Assembly (NCBI GenBank): GCA_036785375.1
Contig: JAWMAR010000053.1
Coordinates: forward strand, 4,526,001 to 4,590,000
DNA: 64,000 nt
Direction: 5' to 3'
Source: Leucoraja ocellata
Lineage: Eukaryota
The notes below the pieces were generated by a model. That model did not search any database and was not told the DNA's origin. It was given only the letters and a program-made list of their open reading frames with translations. Below, one piece after another: positions 62,301-64,000 of this stretch. Numbering within the stretch: position 1 is the first letter of the stretch; each line of letters starts with the position of its first letter. Position numbers and translations under genes: made by a program.

Positions 62301-64000
62301 TCGGATTGGTAAACTTATCTCTGGCAATGAATACATGTTGCGTGTTCGTGCAGAAAACAGATTCGGTGTTTCAGAGCCACTTACCTCTGCAAAAATGATT
62401 GCAAAATATCAATTTGGTAAGTTATGAAGTAACACATTTATCTTAAGATCTCAACATCTTGCTTGAGAGATGCCCATAATCAATATTTCTTTCATCCACA
62501 GATGTTCCAAGTGAACCAAGGAATGTACGTATCACAAAGGTGAACAAGGATTGCATGTTTGTTGCATGGGAGAGGCCGGAATCTGATGGTGGTAGTCCCA
62601 TCACTGGATATATTATTGAACGTAAAGAAAGGAATAGTCTTCTTTGGGTAAAAGGAAATGACACTTCTATCCGTACTACTGAGTATCCATGTTCGGGTCT
62701 AATTGAAGGACTAGAGTATACCTTCAGAGTCATTGCACTAAACAGAGCAGGACCCAGCAAACCAAGTAAAGCAACTGAATTTGAAACTGCCAGGACGCCT
62801 GTGGGTAAGTTTTCCAAAAAATTGAAAATAGTTATTAAATTATTTTATTTAAGGCAACTTAAATTCTATTGGCTTTGTATGTAACAAAACACGTATATTG
62901 TTATTCTGCAACAGATCCACCAGGCAAACCTGAAGCTGTTGATGTGACAAATAATTCTGTATCTCTTGTTTGGGCAAAACCAAAACACGATGGTGGAAGT
63001 AAATTGATCGGCTATTACGTTGAAGCCTGTAAATTGCCTGGTGATAAGTGGATACGGTGCAATACTAACTACCAAAATGTGCCTCGTGAGGAATTCACTG
63101 TTACCAGTCTTGAAGAAGGTGCACAGTATCAATTCAGGGCTATTGCAAAGACTGCAGTTAATATGAGCAAGCCATCCGAACCTTCAGACCCAATGACCAT
63201 CTTGACAGAGCATGGTAAAAAAATTATATCACTATCATTTTTTAATTTGATTCTAATTTTTGATTTTACAATACAAGACATTAAAATAAATTAGTGGATT
63301 AATGTAAACAAATATTCACAGTAATGCTTTCTTCAATTTGCAGTTGCACCAAAAATTGATTTGGGTGTGGTGATGAAATCGCTGATCACTGTAAAGGCTG
63401 GATCAAATGTTTGTCTAGACGCTAATGTCTTTGGAAAGCCTTTTCCAAAAATCACATGGAAGAAAGATGGCACGATAATAACATCCGGTGAAGGCGTTAA
63501 GATAACCAGAGTAAGGAATCTGTGCACACTTGAACTATTTAGTGTACAAAGAAAAGAAACTGGAGAGTACACAATTATTGCAGAAAACCAGAGTGGATCC
63601 AAATCAGCCCATGCAAAACTGAAAGTACTCGGTAAATAAATTATGCTACTTTATATACTGTATGTATGAATCTACTGTTAACTGTACAGGTGCTTTGTAA
63701 AATATGCAAATTTATCGATATTTAATAAATAACAAATATCTCTTGAGAAAGTCATGCATTAAAATAATATTTTTCCTTGAGAAGCTAATGACTAAAAGGG
63801 GGAAAAACAAAATGTTAAAATAAATTGACTTATTCCAAAGAAAAATATTTTTGTTAAACATTGATAGATCTTAATTTCTGGGGTTTTTTTTACAGATAAA
63901 CCTGGTCCGCCAGTTTCTATCAAGATTGGCAATGTATATTCAGATCGTGTTATATTGAGTTGGGAACCTCCTCTCGAAGATGGTGGTGCTGAGATTACAA
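391..64000 (+). CDS. TTN: Titin, internal part of a multi-exon gene (90 exons here; end of PEVK, I84-I118, A1-A51); incomplete at both ends
   Basis: Exon translations are tandem I-set Ig and Fn3 domains in the titin order (e.g. AVPLKFVKE, DGKKHIL..FQAANAKSAANLKVK, PPSPPRWLEV, DGGSPI.GY). AG/GT boundaries have compatible phases throughout. Confidence 0.99.
1033..1302 (+). CDS. TTN: TTN exon 2: Ig I85
   Basis: ag|AA SPVAFFKTLEEE..KGQPLYMTCEL..VNVQ G|gttag. Confidence 0.95.
1366..1615 (-). mobile_element. CR1-type LINE 3' end fragment
   Basis: Same 3' tail as other copies (ggccattc..ccattca..tgccttctcc..cacagattcaccaccctct). Confidence 0.85.
1689..1964 (+). CDS. TTN: TTN exon 3: Ig I86
   Basis: IVRKWFVKPVRDQ..AKDTPNIKWFKG..ANLIVD; cag/gtaagt. 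Confidence 0.95.
3398..3534 (+). CDS. TTN: TTN exon 4: Ig I87 first half
   Basis: REIDILTELQSVEVYEKE..WKLKGEILRPSP|gtaagc. Confidence 0.93.
3635..3761 (+). CDS. TTN: TTN exon 5: Ig I87 second half
   Basis: TCEMKSDGNKRFLILHEVKLDQAGEV..LRVK. Confidence 0.93.
3859..4125 (+). CDS. TTN: TTN exon 6: Ig I88
   Basis: IEVDFATPLKDVTVPEKRQARFEC..AKLTVT. Confidence 0.95.
4280..4962 (-). mobile_element. CR1-type LINE 3' fragment (ORF2 C-terminus + 3' UTR)
   Basis: Minus-strand peptides QVQQAVKKANGML, RLGLYTLE..RGDL.ETYKI, SRTRGHSL, FTQ.VVNLWNS. Confidence 0.92.
5270..5416. mobile_element. Short fold-back element made of two inverted Penelope-like terminal repeats
   Basis: agacacaaattgctg (5270) vs caagcattttgtgtct (5361) inverted; shares gtcgagacccttcttc with the 27497 copy. 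Confidence 0.65.
5524..5784 (+). mobile_element. CR1-type LINE 3' end
   Basis: tggtgaatctgtg..ggagagaaggcagg..gatcagccatgatt..tcttatggtcttatgg tail. Confidence 0.85.
5885..6418 (+). mobile_element. Rex1/Babar-type LINE 3' fragment
   Basis: WLASCTVAERKALQRVIKTAQ / HPANHLFTLLPSGRRYRSLKARTCRLINSLYP; ends aataaa..(tttga)n. Confidence 0.85.
6430..6720 (+). mobile_element. Old, decayed Penelope-like 3' end/terminal repeat
   Basis: gcctggactcaacattgaa (P.GLNIE-like), then a pyrimidine tract and tgctgcct..ttccaac..ttcagcatctgcag, as in younger copies. Confidence 0.5.
6840..7106 (+). CDS. TTN: TTN exon 7: Ig I89
   Basis: GMRLKFITPLKDQTVKEG..ELSHE..CNLNVI. Confidence 0.95.
7312..7575 (+). CDS. TTN: TTN exon 8: Ig I90
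   Basis: ADPYFTVKLQDYTAVE..EYECDCGTDKTKA. Confidence 0.95.
7675..7814 (+). CDS. TTN: TTN exon 9: Ig I91 (I27) first half
   Basis: RIIKVVRPLHGLEIFEDETARFEVEISETDVHLQWKLNGETLLMSP|gtacg. Confidence 0.93.
7926..7948. repeat. (TA)n microsatellite
   Basis: atatatatatatatatatatata. Confidence 0.9.
8036..8162 (+). CDS. TTN: TTN exon 10: Ig I91 (I27) second half
   Basis: QCEIVEDGKKHILTLYNCKLSDSGEISFQAANAKSAANLKVK. Confidence 0.95.
8320..8586 (+). CDS. TTN: TTN exon 11: Ig I92 (GC donor)
   Basis: IPLTFIVPLDDVKVYEKDEAKFECEVSRE..GKLIIQ G|gcaagt. Confidence 0.93.
8677..8943 (+). CDS. TTN: TTN exon 12: Ig I93
   Basis: GIRLEFNKPLEDQTVKERE..ELSHE..SEAKLTVL. Confidence 0.94.
9055..9321 (+). CDS. TTN: TTN exon 13: Ig I94
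   Basis: EGDPYFISKLQNYTAVEKDEV..YSCDCGSD. Confidence 0.95.
9471..9610 (+). CDS. TTN: TTN exon 14: Ig I95 first half
   Basis: RDIKILRPLYSVEVTETEIARFETEISEDD..LRPTP|gtaagt. Confidence 0.94.
9747..9873 (+). CDS. TTN: TTN exon 15: Ig I95 second half
   Basis: DCEIKKESTKHFLILYNVQMDQAGEVEFQAANAKTSAHLRVK. Confidence 0.94.
9960..11114 (+). promoter_or_regulatory. Candidate Cronos-type internal promoter and alternative start (ATG 11096-11098, in frame with I96)
   Basis: I95/I96 intron. In-frame ATG with A at -3 encodes MSFSSK-AREIS. Motifs: AACAGCTG E-box (10004-10011), CRE-like GACGTCA (10072-10078), M-CAT GGAATG (10983-10988), AGATAA (11023-11028). Confidence 0.5.
10204..10939. mobile_element. GC-rich non-autonomous DNA transposon (hAT-like MITE)
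   Basis: Imperfect TIRs CAGGGGCGGAAGACCCG ... GCGGGTTCCGTGCCTG; subterminal GGGGACA/TGTCCCC motifs; internal ~50-bp inverted repeat (10661-10714 vs 10771-10825); sharp GC step against the AT-rich intron; no clean TSD. Confidence 0.65.
11115..11257 (+). CDS. TTN: TTN exon 16: Ig I96 first half
   Basis: aaag|CT REISLLRPLKDVTVTAGHSASFDCELSYE..LEPSDR|gtatgt. Confidence 0.94.
12160..12792 (+). mobile_element. CR1-type LINE 3' fragment with nested insertion
   Basis: ERLTALGLYSLEFRRMRGELVETY..; tail cttatgaccttatgatcttatg. Confidence 0.88.
12360..12540 (+). mobile_element. Short SINE-like insert nested in CR1, 9-bp TSD TGAGGAGGA
   Basis: TGAGGAGGA at 12351-12359 and 12541-12549; ends tgacaataaa + (ctcttgaa)n. 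Confidence 0.75.
13476..13599 (+). CDS. TTN: TTN exon 17: Ig I96 second half
   Basis: VVTRAEGRRHTFTLRDVQLDEAGEVKLTAKDF. Confidence 0.94.
13694..13960 (+). CDS. TTN: TTN exon 18: Ig I97
   Basis: PPAEFTKPLEDLTVEEE..TYTCDAKGFKTSC. Confidence 0.95.
14011..15435 (+). repeat. 297-bp direct repeat (14011-14307 and 15139-15435) flanking an 831-bp spacer
   Basis: The two copies read identically except for 2 substitutions that I can see. Confidence 0.93.
14690..15130 (+). mobile_element. Degenerate CR1 ORF1 (zinc-finger-like) remnant
   Basis: Frameshifted CCTCRLWKV..ICENCAQLQLLTDR..FDELRI, resembling the CR1 ORF1 N-terminus. Confidence 0.55.
15493..15590 (+). CDS. TTN: TTN exon 19: Ig I98 first part
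   Basis: PHVEFTKPLTDLEVKEKEVAKFVCEVSRESAK|gtttgt. Confidence 0.93.
15868..16150. repeat. Unclassified GC/CpG-rich island, probably a transposon fragment
   Basis: Abrupt CpG-rich segment in an AT-rich intron; overlapping ORFs have no titin-like or recognisable domain. Confidence 0.4.
16800..17980 (-). mobile_element. Rex1/Babar-type LINE fragment interrupted by CR1 pieces
   Basis: Minus-strand FCRCTVKSIFSGCITAWFGNSS..RKKLQ; ESFKFLGVNITNKLSW. Confidence 0.82.
17447..17730 (-). mobile_element. CR1-type 3' end nested in the Rex fragment
   Basis: ctactccgccattcaatcatgg..cacagattcaccaccctctg. Confidence 0.85.
18610..18860 (-). mobile_element. SINE-like repeat with (TTCA)n tail and AATAAA-type end
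   Basis: gaatgaatgaatgatactttattatcacatgtg..; GC-rich body with repeated ggtcccccca. Confidence 0.55.
18865..19140 (+). mobile_element. Old CR1 3' fragment
   Basis: cacaatctcaaaataaagggttgccatt..gatcagccatgaa..aatggcctaattcta. Confidence 0.7.
19852..20020 (+). CDS. TTN: TTN exon 20: Ig I98 second part
   Basis: VRWFKDGVEVRKGKK..DDEAEYECDARTAKTSGLLTVL. Confidence 0.94.
20111..20380 (+). CDS. TTN: TTN exon 21: Ig I99
   Basis: EEATFTKNLTNAEVTETATIKLVCEVSKP..YNCRL. Confidence 0.95.
20465..20731 (+). CDS. TTN: TTN exon 22: Ig I100
   Basis: LAAEFISKPQNLEVLEG..AELAVI. Confidence 0.95.
21120..21398 (+). CDS. TTN: TTN exon 23: Ig I101
   Basis: NLRIITPIKD..FNCEVNTEGA..LTNNRGE. Confidence 0.95.
21484..21892 (+). 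CDS. TTN: TTN exon 24: Ig I102 + first half of I103
   Basis: EDLKIIEPL..MEKKSVTFSCKVNR..AGQDKSVAELII..KWYRNGRE. Confidence 0.95.
21992..22116 (+). CDS. TTN: TTN exon 25: Ig I103 second half (GC donor)
   Basis: YQFEKDGSLHRLIVRECRPDDEYEYSCGVEDRRSRARLFVE G|gcaagt. Confidence 0.92.
22202..22468 (+). CDS. TTN: TTN exon 26: Ig I104
   Basis: IPVEIIRPP..AELNKDKVEV.WLRNNM..RAKLELA. Confidence 0.96.
22574..22861 (+). CDS. TTN: TTN exon 27: Ig I105
   Basis: IPKIKTSD..PYDAYPRAEAEWFKE..QNKHGKGEG. Confidence 0.95.
22951..23250 (+). CDS. TTN: TTN exon 28: Fn3 I106 (first Fn3, I/A junction)
   Basis: VPGPIQNL..DGEVSLAW..DGGSKILGY..YLFRVSARN. Confidence 0.96.
23352..23654 (+). CDS. TTN: TTN exon 29: Fn3 I107
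   Basis: VPDAPLNVQVKDVNKFG..YIFRVRAEN. Confidence 0.95.
23749..23936 (+). CDS. TTN: TTN exon 30: Fn3 I108 first part
   Basis: KPSPPIEF..WEPPLKDGGSPILGY..AKFK|gtatt. Confidence 0.94.
24290..24733 (+). mobile_element. CR1-type LINE 3' fragment
   Basis: YKRMERLGMYTLEFRGMRG..SRTRGHSLRIRG; tail (tattgtc)n. Confidence 0.92.
24967..25081 (+). CDS. TTN: TTN exon 31: Fn3 I108 second part
   Basis: ITGLEQGKKYYYRVSAENAAGLSDP..LTADDPH. Confidence 0.93.
25199..25483 (+). CDS. TTN: TTN exon 32: Ig I109
   Basis: APSMDLREFKDGLEVIVP..GEIDVNVI. Confidence 0.95.
25830..26190 (-). mobile_element. CR1-type LINE 3' fragment
   Basis: gcaggagtaggccatt.ggcccttcgagccagcacc..aacatcgggaacatgtttcctgc. Confidence 0.9.
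26615..26766 (+). CDS. TTN: TTN exon 33: Fn3 I110 first part
   Basis: RPSAPKD..DGGSPLTGY..RKTWVK|gtaagt. Confidence 0.94.
27497..27718 (-). mobile_element. Penelope-like element 3' end plus terminal repeat
   Basis: Minus strand reads SLHPSGMTID*SNFR* (resembles the PLE GIY-YIG C-terminal motif L.P.G[LM]N), then a pyrimidine tract and a hammerhead-like core. Confidence 0.75.
27551..27590 (-). ncRNA. Putative minimal type I hammerhead ribozyme motif (PLE-associated)
   Basis: Minus strand: GC CUGAAGA A GGGUC-UC-GACCC GAAA UG UC GC; core, stem II and GUC triplet present; helices I and III very short. Confidence 0.55.
27752..27899 (+). CDS. TTN: TTN exon 34: Fn3 I110 second part
   Basis: VIERVQDLEFTV..YLFKISACNKCGPGEPA. 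Confidence 0.94.
28330..28870 (-). mobile_element. Rex1/Babar-type LINE fragment
   Basis: Minus-strand RGFGMSINTLLTFYWCRVESILTGCI. Confidence 0.8.
28373..28495. mobile_element. Truncated Harbinger-like MITE end nested in the Rex fragment
   Basis: Starts GGGCCTGTCCCACTTAGGCGAC; internal ~10-11-bp cctacgacaa-like tandem units; second TIR not seen. Confidence 0.5.
29301..29345. repeat. (AC)n microsatellite, ~22 units
   Basis: Pure acac run. Confidence 0.95.
29452..29629 (+). CDS. TTN: TTN exon 35: Fn3 I111 first part
   Basis: VPDPPENVRWRD..IFLTWDPPKYDGGSKIKGY. Confidence 0.94.
29715..29836 (+). CDS. TTN: TTN exon 36: Fn3 I111 second part
   Basis: AEVTRLTEGQWYSYRVKALNRQGASRPS. Confidence 0.94.
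30288..30575 (+). CDS. TTN: TTN exon 37: Ig I112
   Basis: SPEIHLDVKLLAGITVKAGTKIELPA..GRATAVVEVNIL. Confidence 0.96.
30667..30963 (+). CDS. TTN: TTN exon 38: Fn3 I113
   Basis: KPGQPAAFDITDITNESC.LTWNPPRDDGGS. Confidence 0.95.
31076..31262 (+). CDS. TTN: TTN exon 39: Fn3 I114 first part
   Basis: PPGAPTNL..EPEEDGGSPITGY..KWQRCNKIPIKD. Confidence 0.94.
32854..32969 (+). CDS. TTN: TTN exon 40: Fn3 I114 second part
   Basis: LKGLTPKKKYKFRVLAENLAGPGKPS..KDPI. Confidence 0.94.
33222..33521 (+). CDS. TTN: TTN exon 41: Fn3 I115
   Basis: PPWPPGKP..LNWTKPEHDGGAKIESY. Confidence 0.96.
33614..33913 (+). CDS. TTN: TTN exon 42: Fn3 I116
   Basis: PPSPPRWLEVVNITKNTADLKW..EDSVLAKDTF. Confidence 0.96.
34006..34111 (+). 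CDS. TTN: TTN exon 43: Fn3 I117 first part
   Basis: TPGPPYALTVLDVTKRHVELKWEAPKNDGGRPIL. Confidence 0.94.
34239..34435 (+). CDS. TTN: TTN exon 44: Fn3 I117 second part
   Basis: YVIEKKEKLGTRWVKAGKTAGP..SIEDPT. Confidence 0.95.
34529..34834 (+). CDS. TTN: TTN exon 45: Fn3 I118
   Basis: PPSPPLELHVTDA..GTEKWMRINSRP..SEISENV. Confidence 0.95.
34944..35222 (+). CDS. TTN: TTN exon 46: Ig A1 (start of D-zone)
   Basis: NPSIELQSKDITVVEGEKLNIPVPFRAVP..TITLENKLGS. Confidence 0.95.
35342..35641 (+). CDS. TTN: TTN exon 47: Fn3 A2
   Basis: LPGLCKDIKASDITKSSCK..LHYVLQRREAGRRT. Confidence 0.95.
35747..36049 (+). CDS. TTN: TTN exon 48: Fn3 A3
   Basis: RPDPPVDLEV..WKPPLFDGG..YQFRARAEN. Confidence 0.95.
36202..36582 (+). 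CDS. TTN: TTN exon 49: Ig A4 with charged insertion
   Basis: PPKVSFV..SGAPYPTITW..PEEIKKR..EEEPF..KVENDHG. Confidence 0.95.
36695..36997 (+). CDS. TTN: TTN exon 50: Fn3 A5
   Basis: TPGPPINFIFEEVR..SKPLVAKNPF. Confidence 0.95.
37206..37505 (+). CDS. TTN: TTN exon 51: Fn3 A6
   Basis: PPEAPDKPEVEDTTSNSM..KDNGSPILGYW. Confidence 0.95.
37610..37906 (+). CDS. TTN: TTN exon 52: Fn3 A7
   Basis: PPGPPIPSIVDTS..NGGGDIIGYHVDKQL. Confidence 0.95.
37994..38281 (+). CDS. TTN: TTN exon 53: Ig A8
   Basis: PPTIEFDVSVRNG..AIVTGRPTP..ATNNSGSK. Confidence 0.95.
38376..38669 (+). CDS. TTN: TTN exon 54: Fn3 A9
   Basis: VPGPILDLKPVVVTRKM..ERKDAKMHSWRQPIET. Confidence 0.95.
38754..39053 (+). CDS. TTN: TTN exon 55: Fn3 A10
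   Basis: PPTSPETFRYADRTKST..YDFRVRAVNEIG..VQDDE. Confidence 0.95.
39175..39483 (+). CDS. TTN: TTN exon 56: Ig A11
   Basis: PPIVRLLL..IPAEVEGLPFPKIEWSK..TASNRLG. Confidence 0.95.
39590..39780 (+). CDS. TTN: TTN exon 57: Fn3 A12 first part
   Basis: KPLPPRNLKVSDIKAESCYLTWDAP..ERRYG|gtaatg. Confidence 0.94.
39887..40316 (+). CDS. TTN: TTN exon 58: end of A12 + Fn3 A13
   Basis: VWKLITDGEYQFRIRAENKYG..LPGPPSKP..YWSRVNRAP. Confidence 0.95.
40405..41160 (+). mobile_element. Rex1/Babar-type LINE 3' fragment
   Basis: NFYRCTMESILRGC..LQRMV; KDACHPAHFLFTLPSGGKY..RLQNSFFPATIRQLN. Confidence 0.85.
41369..41677 (+). CDS. TTN: TTN exon 59: Fn3 A14
   Basis: PPGAPSCPEVTDKTK..EPDKLI..YRFRIKAVN. Confidence 0.95.
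41759..41907 (+). CDS. TTN: TTN exon 60: Ig A15 first part
   Basis: EPDITLDVGAQDFLSCLAG..IPAIVTGRPFPKISWEFEGPTKTVIK|gt. Confidence 0.93.
43750..44568 (-). mobile_element. Young CR1-type LINE 3' fragment, ORF2 C-terminus intact (216 aa)
   Basis: ORF 43847-44497: QRDLGV..AVKKANGML..LVRPHLEYCVQFWSP..FFTQRVVNLWNSLP; tail (tttctatg)n. Confidence 0.96.
44820..44852 (+). CDS. TTN: TTN exon 61: 33-nt microexon inside Ig A15 (DEVHRVPADAQ)
   Basis: tctttatag|GAT GAA GTG CAT AGA GTA CCA GCT GAT GCT CAG|gtaata; phase 0-0; resembles human DGVHDIPEDAQ as I recall it. Confidence 0.88.
44954..45083 (+). CDS. TTN: TTN exon 62: Ig A15 last part
   Basis: VECADTKTAVIIPACNRTHSGRYSITAKNKAGQKT. Confidence 0.94.
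45172..45471 (+). CDS. TTN: TTN exon 63: Fn3 A16
   Basis: MPGPPKDLKVTDITR..ETIQRTRARDPI. Confidence 0.95.
45566..45883 (+). CDS. TTN: TTN exon 64: Fn3 A17
   Basis: PPEPPTKLKVALITKNTV..DPTGQKKESW..KDQT. Confidence 0.95.
45982..46278 (+). CDS. TTN: TTN exon 65: Ig A18
   Basis: PPAIELKEFLE..KGTPFPTLTWYKAP..KEMRLNVL. Confidence 0.95.
46372..46671 (+). CDS. TTN: TTN exon 66: Fn3 A19
   Basis: HPGPPLGPIKFE..PLDSEPETARNLF. Confidence 0.95.
46975..47289 (+). CDS. TTN: TTN exon 67: Fn3 A20
   Basis: VPGACDKPTV..WEEPEYDGGSPVTGYW..ARDPI. Confidence 0.95.
47599..47747 (+). CDS. TTN: TTN exon 68: Fn3 A21 first part
   Basis: PPGPPFPKVTDWTRSTVDLEW..KEEGKEEWEK|gt. Confidence 0.94.
48502..48652 (+). CDS. 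TTN: TTN exon 69: Fn3 A21 second part
   Basis: VKDKEIRGTKFVVPGLKEG.LYRFRVRAVN. Confidence 0.94.
48757..49041 (+). CDS. TTN: TTN exon 70: Ig A22
   Basis: LPDISLDASMRDKIVVHAGGVIR..AKNAGGERRKTIIVEVL. Confidence 0.95.
49130..49432 (+). CDS. TTN: TTN exon 71: Fn3 A23
   Basis: VPGPVGEPF..YTVTRQNAVVQGL..FRIAAEN. Confidence 0.95.
49534..49836 (+). CDS. TTN: TTN exon 72: Fn3 A24
   Basis: VPERPEDLEV..LESRLIG..GQGKPSFCTKPI. Confidence 0.95.
49922..50203 (+). CDS. TTN: TTN exon 73: Ig A25
   Basis: PPTLELDFRDK..DSGKYCV.LENSTG. Confidence 0.95.
50293..50592 (+). CDS. TTN: TTN exon 74: Fn3 A26
   Basis: RPQPPVGPVVFNEV..KVPKLIEGREYI. Confidence 0.95.
50690..51855 (+). mobile_element. Older CR1-type RT fragment with nested inserts
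   Basis: IKFADDTK (aaatttgcagatgacactaaa), gtgcagatctggtct; tail tgttctatgttcta. Confidence 0.8.
51581..51748 (+). mobile_element. Structured SINE-like insert (two hairpins, GAAA tetraloop before AATAAA)
   Basis: tccatcacagtgag/ctcactgtggtgga stem; tcgttcagacc-GAAA-ggtctgaatga stem; then caataaa and (tatc)n. Confidence 0.65.
52037..52339 (+). CDS. TTN: TTN exon 75: Fn3 A27
   Basis: VPEAPEQP..DLLEGCEYEFRVSAENEIG. Confidence 0.95.
52434..52742 (+). CDS. TTN: TTN exon 76: Fn3 A28
   Basis: KPSPPITPQAVDKTKS..EYQKVGDEEW..KDRL. Confidence 0.95.
52856..53137 (+). CDS. TTN: TTN exon 77: Ig A29
   Basis: APELFVDANM..IKGMPIPKVAWKK..VENEAGSK. Confidence 0.95.
53233..53532 (+). CDS. TTN: TTN exon 78: Fn3 A30
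   Basis: KPGPPRNLNINEVRSDSCYLTWKEPEDNGG..YLFRVAAENQYG. Confidence 0.95.
53623..53916 (+). CDS. TTN: TTN exon 79: Fn3 A31
   Basis: PPGPPKNLHHVDVDKTEV..PDRDGGS..CHEKL. Confidence 0.95.
54021..56987 (+). CDS. TTN: TTN exon 80: 2967-nt exon, A32-A41 (Ig-Fn-Fn-Fn-Ig-Fn-Fn-Ig-Fn-Fn)
   Basis: Single open frame (ORF 53918-57016); ttacag|TG SPSVDVDV..LAKDPM G|gtatgt. Confidence 0.97.
57093..57413 (+). CDS. TTN: TTN exon 81: Fn3 A42 (end of D-zone)
   Basis: PPGPPSDLKVIDSTK..EMRPK..PAELKEAIFPKEIL. Confidence 0.95.
57541..57825 (+). CDS. TTN: TTN exon 82: Ig A43 (start of C-zone super-repeat 1)
   Basis: PPEIDLDASLRK..RAGCPIRLFATIRGRPAPKVTWR. Confidence 0.96.
58380..58507 (-). mobile_element. Penelope-like terminal repeat with decayed hammerhead core
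   Basis: gaaactgtagatgctgg..tgctggagtaactcagcgggtcaggcagc..gggtcaggacccttcttcagact. Confidence 0.7.
58587..58988 (+). mobile_element. CR1-type LINE 3' fragment
   Basis: gctgggcttgtacactctggagtttagaagg..RVVSMWNSLPQRVV..tattgcctattgtctattg. Confidence 0.92.
59802..60101 (+). CDS. TTN: TTN exon 83: Fn3 A44
   Basis: TPGPVSDF..DGGSPVTHYILEKREADRK. Confidence 0.95.
60240..60542 (+). CDS. TTN: TTN exon 84: Fn3 A45
   Basis: EPDPPKKLDV..LAWLPPMRDGGAKIDGY..KEQL. Confidence 0.95.
61028..61349 (+). mobile_element. Young CR1-type LINE 3' fragment, same subfamily as 43750 copy
   Basis: Near-identical reverse complement of 43750-44077; tail (tttctatg)3. Confidence 0.95.
61730..62005 (+). CDS. TTN: TTN exon 85: Ig A46
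   Basis: APKIIMPEFITIKAGQKLRIEAHV..KDSGYYSL. Confidence 0.95.
62117..62416 (+). CDS. TTN: TTN exon 86: Fn3 A47
   Basis: IPGPPQPPFDISEIDVDACSL.WHIP. Confidence 0.95.
62502..62804 (+). CDS. TTN: TTN exon 87: Fn3 A48
   Basis: VPSEPRNVRITKVNKDC..ERKERNSLLWVK. Confidence 0.95.
62915..63214 (+). CDS. TTN: TTN exon 88: Fn3 A49
   Basis: PPGKPEAVDVT..EACKLPGDKWIRCNT..FRAIAKTAVN. Confidence 0.95.
63344..63631 (+). CDS. TTN: TTN exon 89: Ig A50
   Basis: APKIDLGVVMKSLITVKAGSNVCLDA..GSKSAHAKLKVL. Confidence 0.95.
63896..64000 (+). CDS. TTN: TTN exon 90 (runs off window): Fn3 A51
   Basis: tacag|AT KPGPPVSIKIGNVYSDRVILSWEPPLEDGGAEIT. Confidence 0.93.

Noticed and set aside
374-63602. Many minus-strand ORFs overlapping titin exons
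   Set aside because: Antisense shadows of coding exons; no recognisable products or splice structure.
391-64000. Pseudogene, or lineage-specific domain gain/loss
   Set aside because: All exons are open and phase-compatible once the GC donors are used; domain order matches the mammalian layout as I recall it.

Overview
Eukaryotic (vertebrate) genomic DNA: an internal 64 kb slice of the titin gene (TTN) on the + strand. I trace 90 coding exons from 391 to >64000. They run from the end of the PEVK region through the distal tandem Ig segment (I84-I105, including the I91/'I27' orthologue), the I/A junction (I106-I118) and the whole D-zone (A1-A42) into the first C-zone super-repeat (A43-A51). Domain numbers come from counting against the human sequence as I recall it. 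Splice phases are compatible at every junction, provided two introns use GC donors. Introns carry CR1-type and Rex/Babar-type LINE fragments, Penelope-like ends, SINE-like inserts and MITEs, a mix that suggests a cartilaginous fish, probably a skate or ray (inference). Most notable: (1) a candidate Cronos internal promoter/start before I96, with an in-frame ATG (MSFSSK-AREIS...) and a GC-rich hAT-like MITE inserted upstream of it; (2) minimal hammerhead-ribozyme motifs in the Penelope-like ends, recognisable only antisense to titin; (3) two GC-AG introns; (4) a 33-nt symmetric microexon; (5) a near-perfect 297-bp direct repeat around an old CR1 remnant; (6) a locally templated 70-bp inverted insertion; (7) young inverted CR1 pairs that could favour dsRNA or circRNA formation. 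All calls are by eye; no database searches were run.
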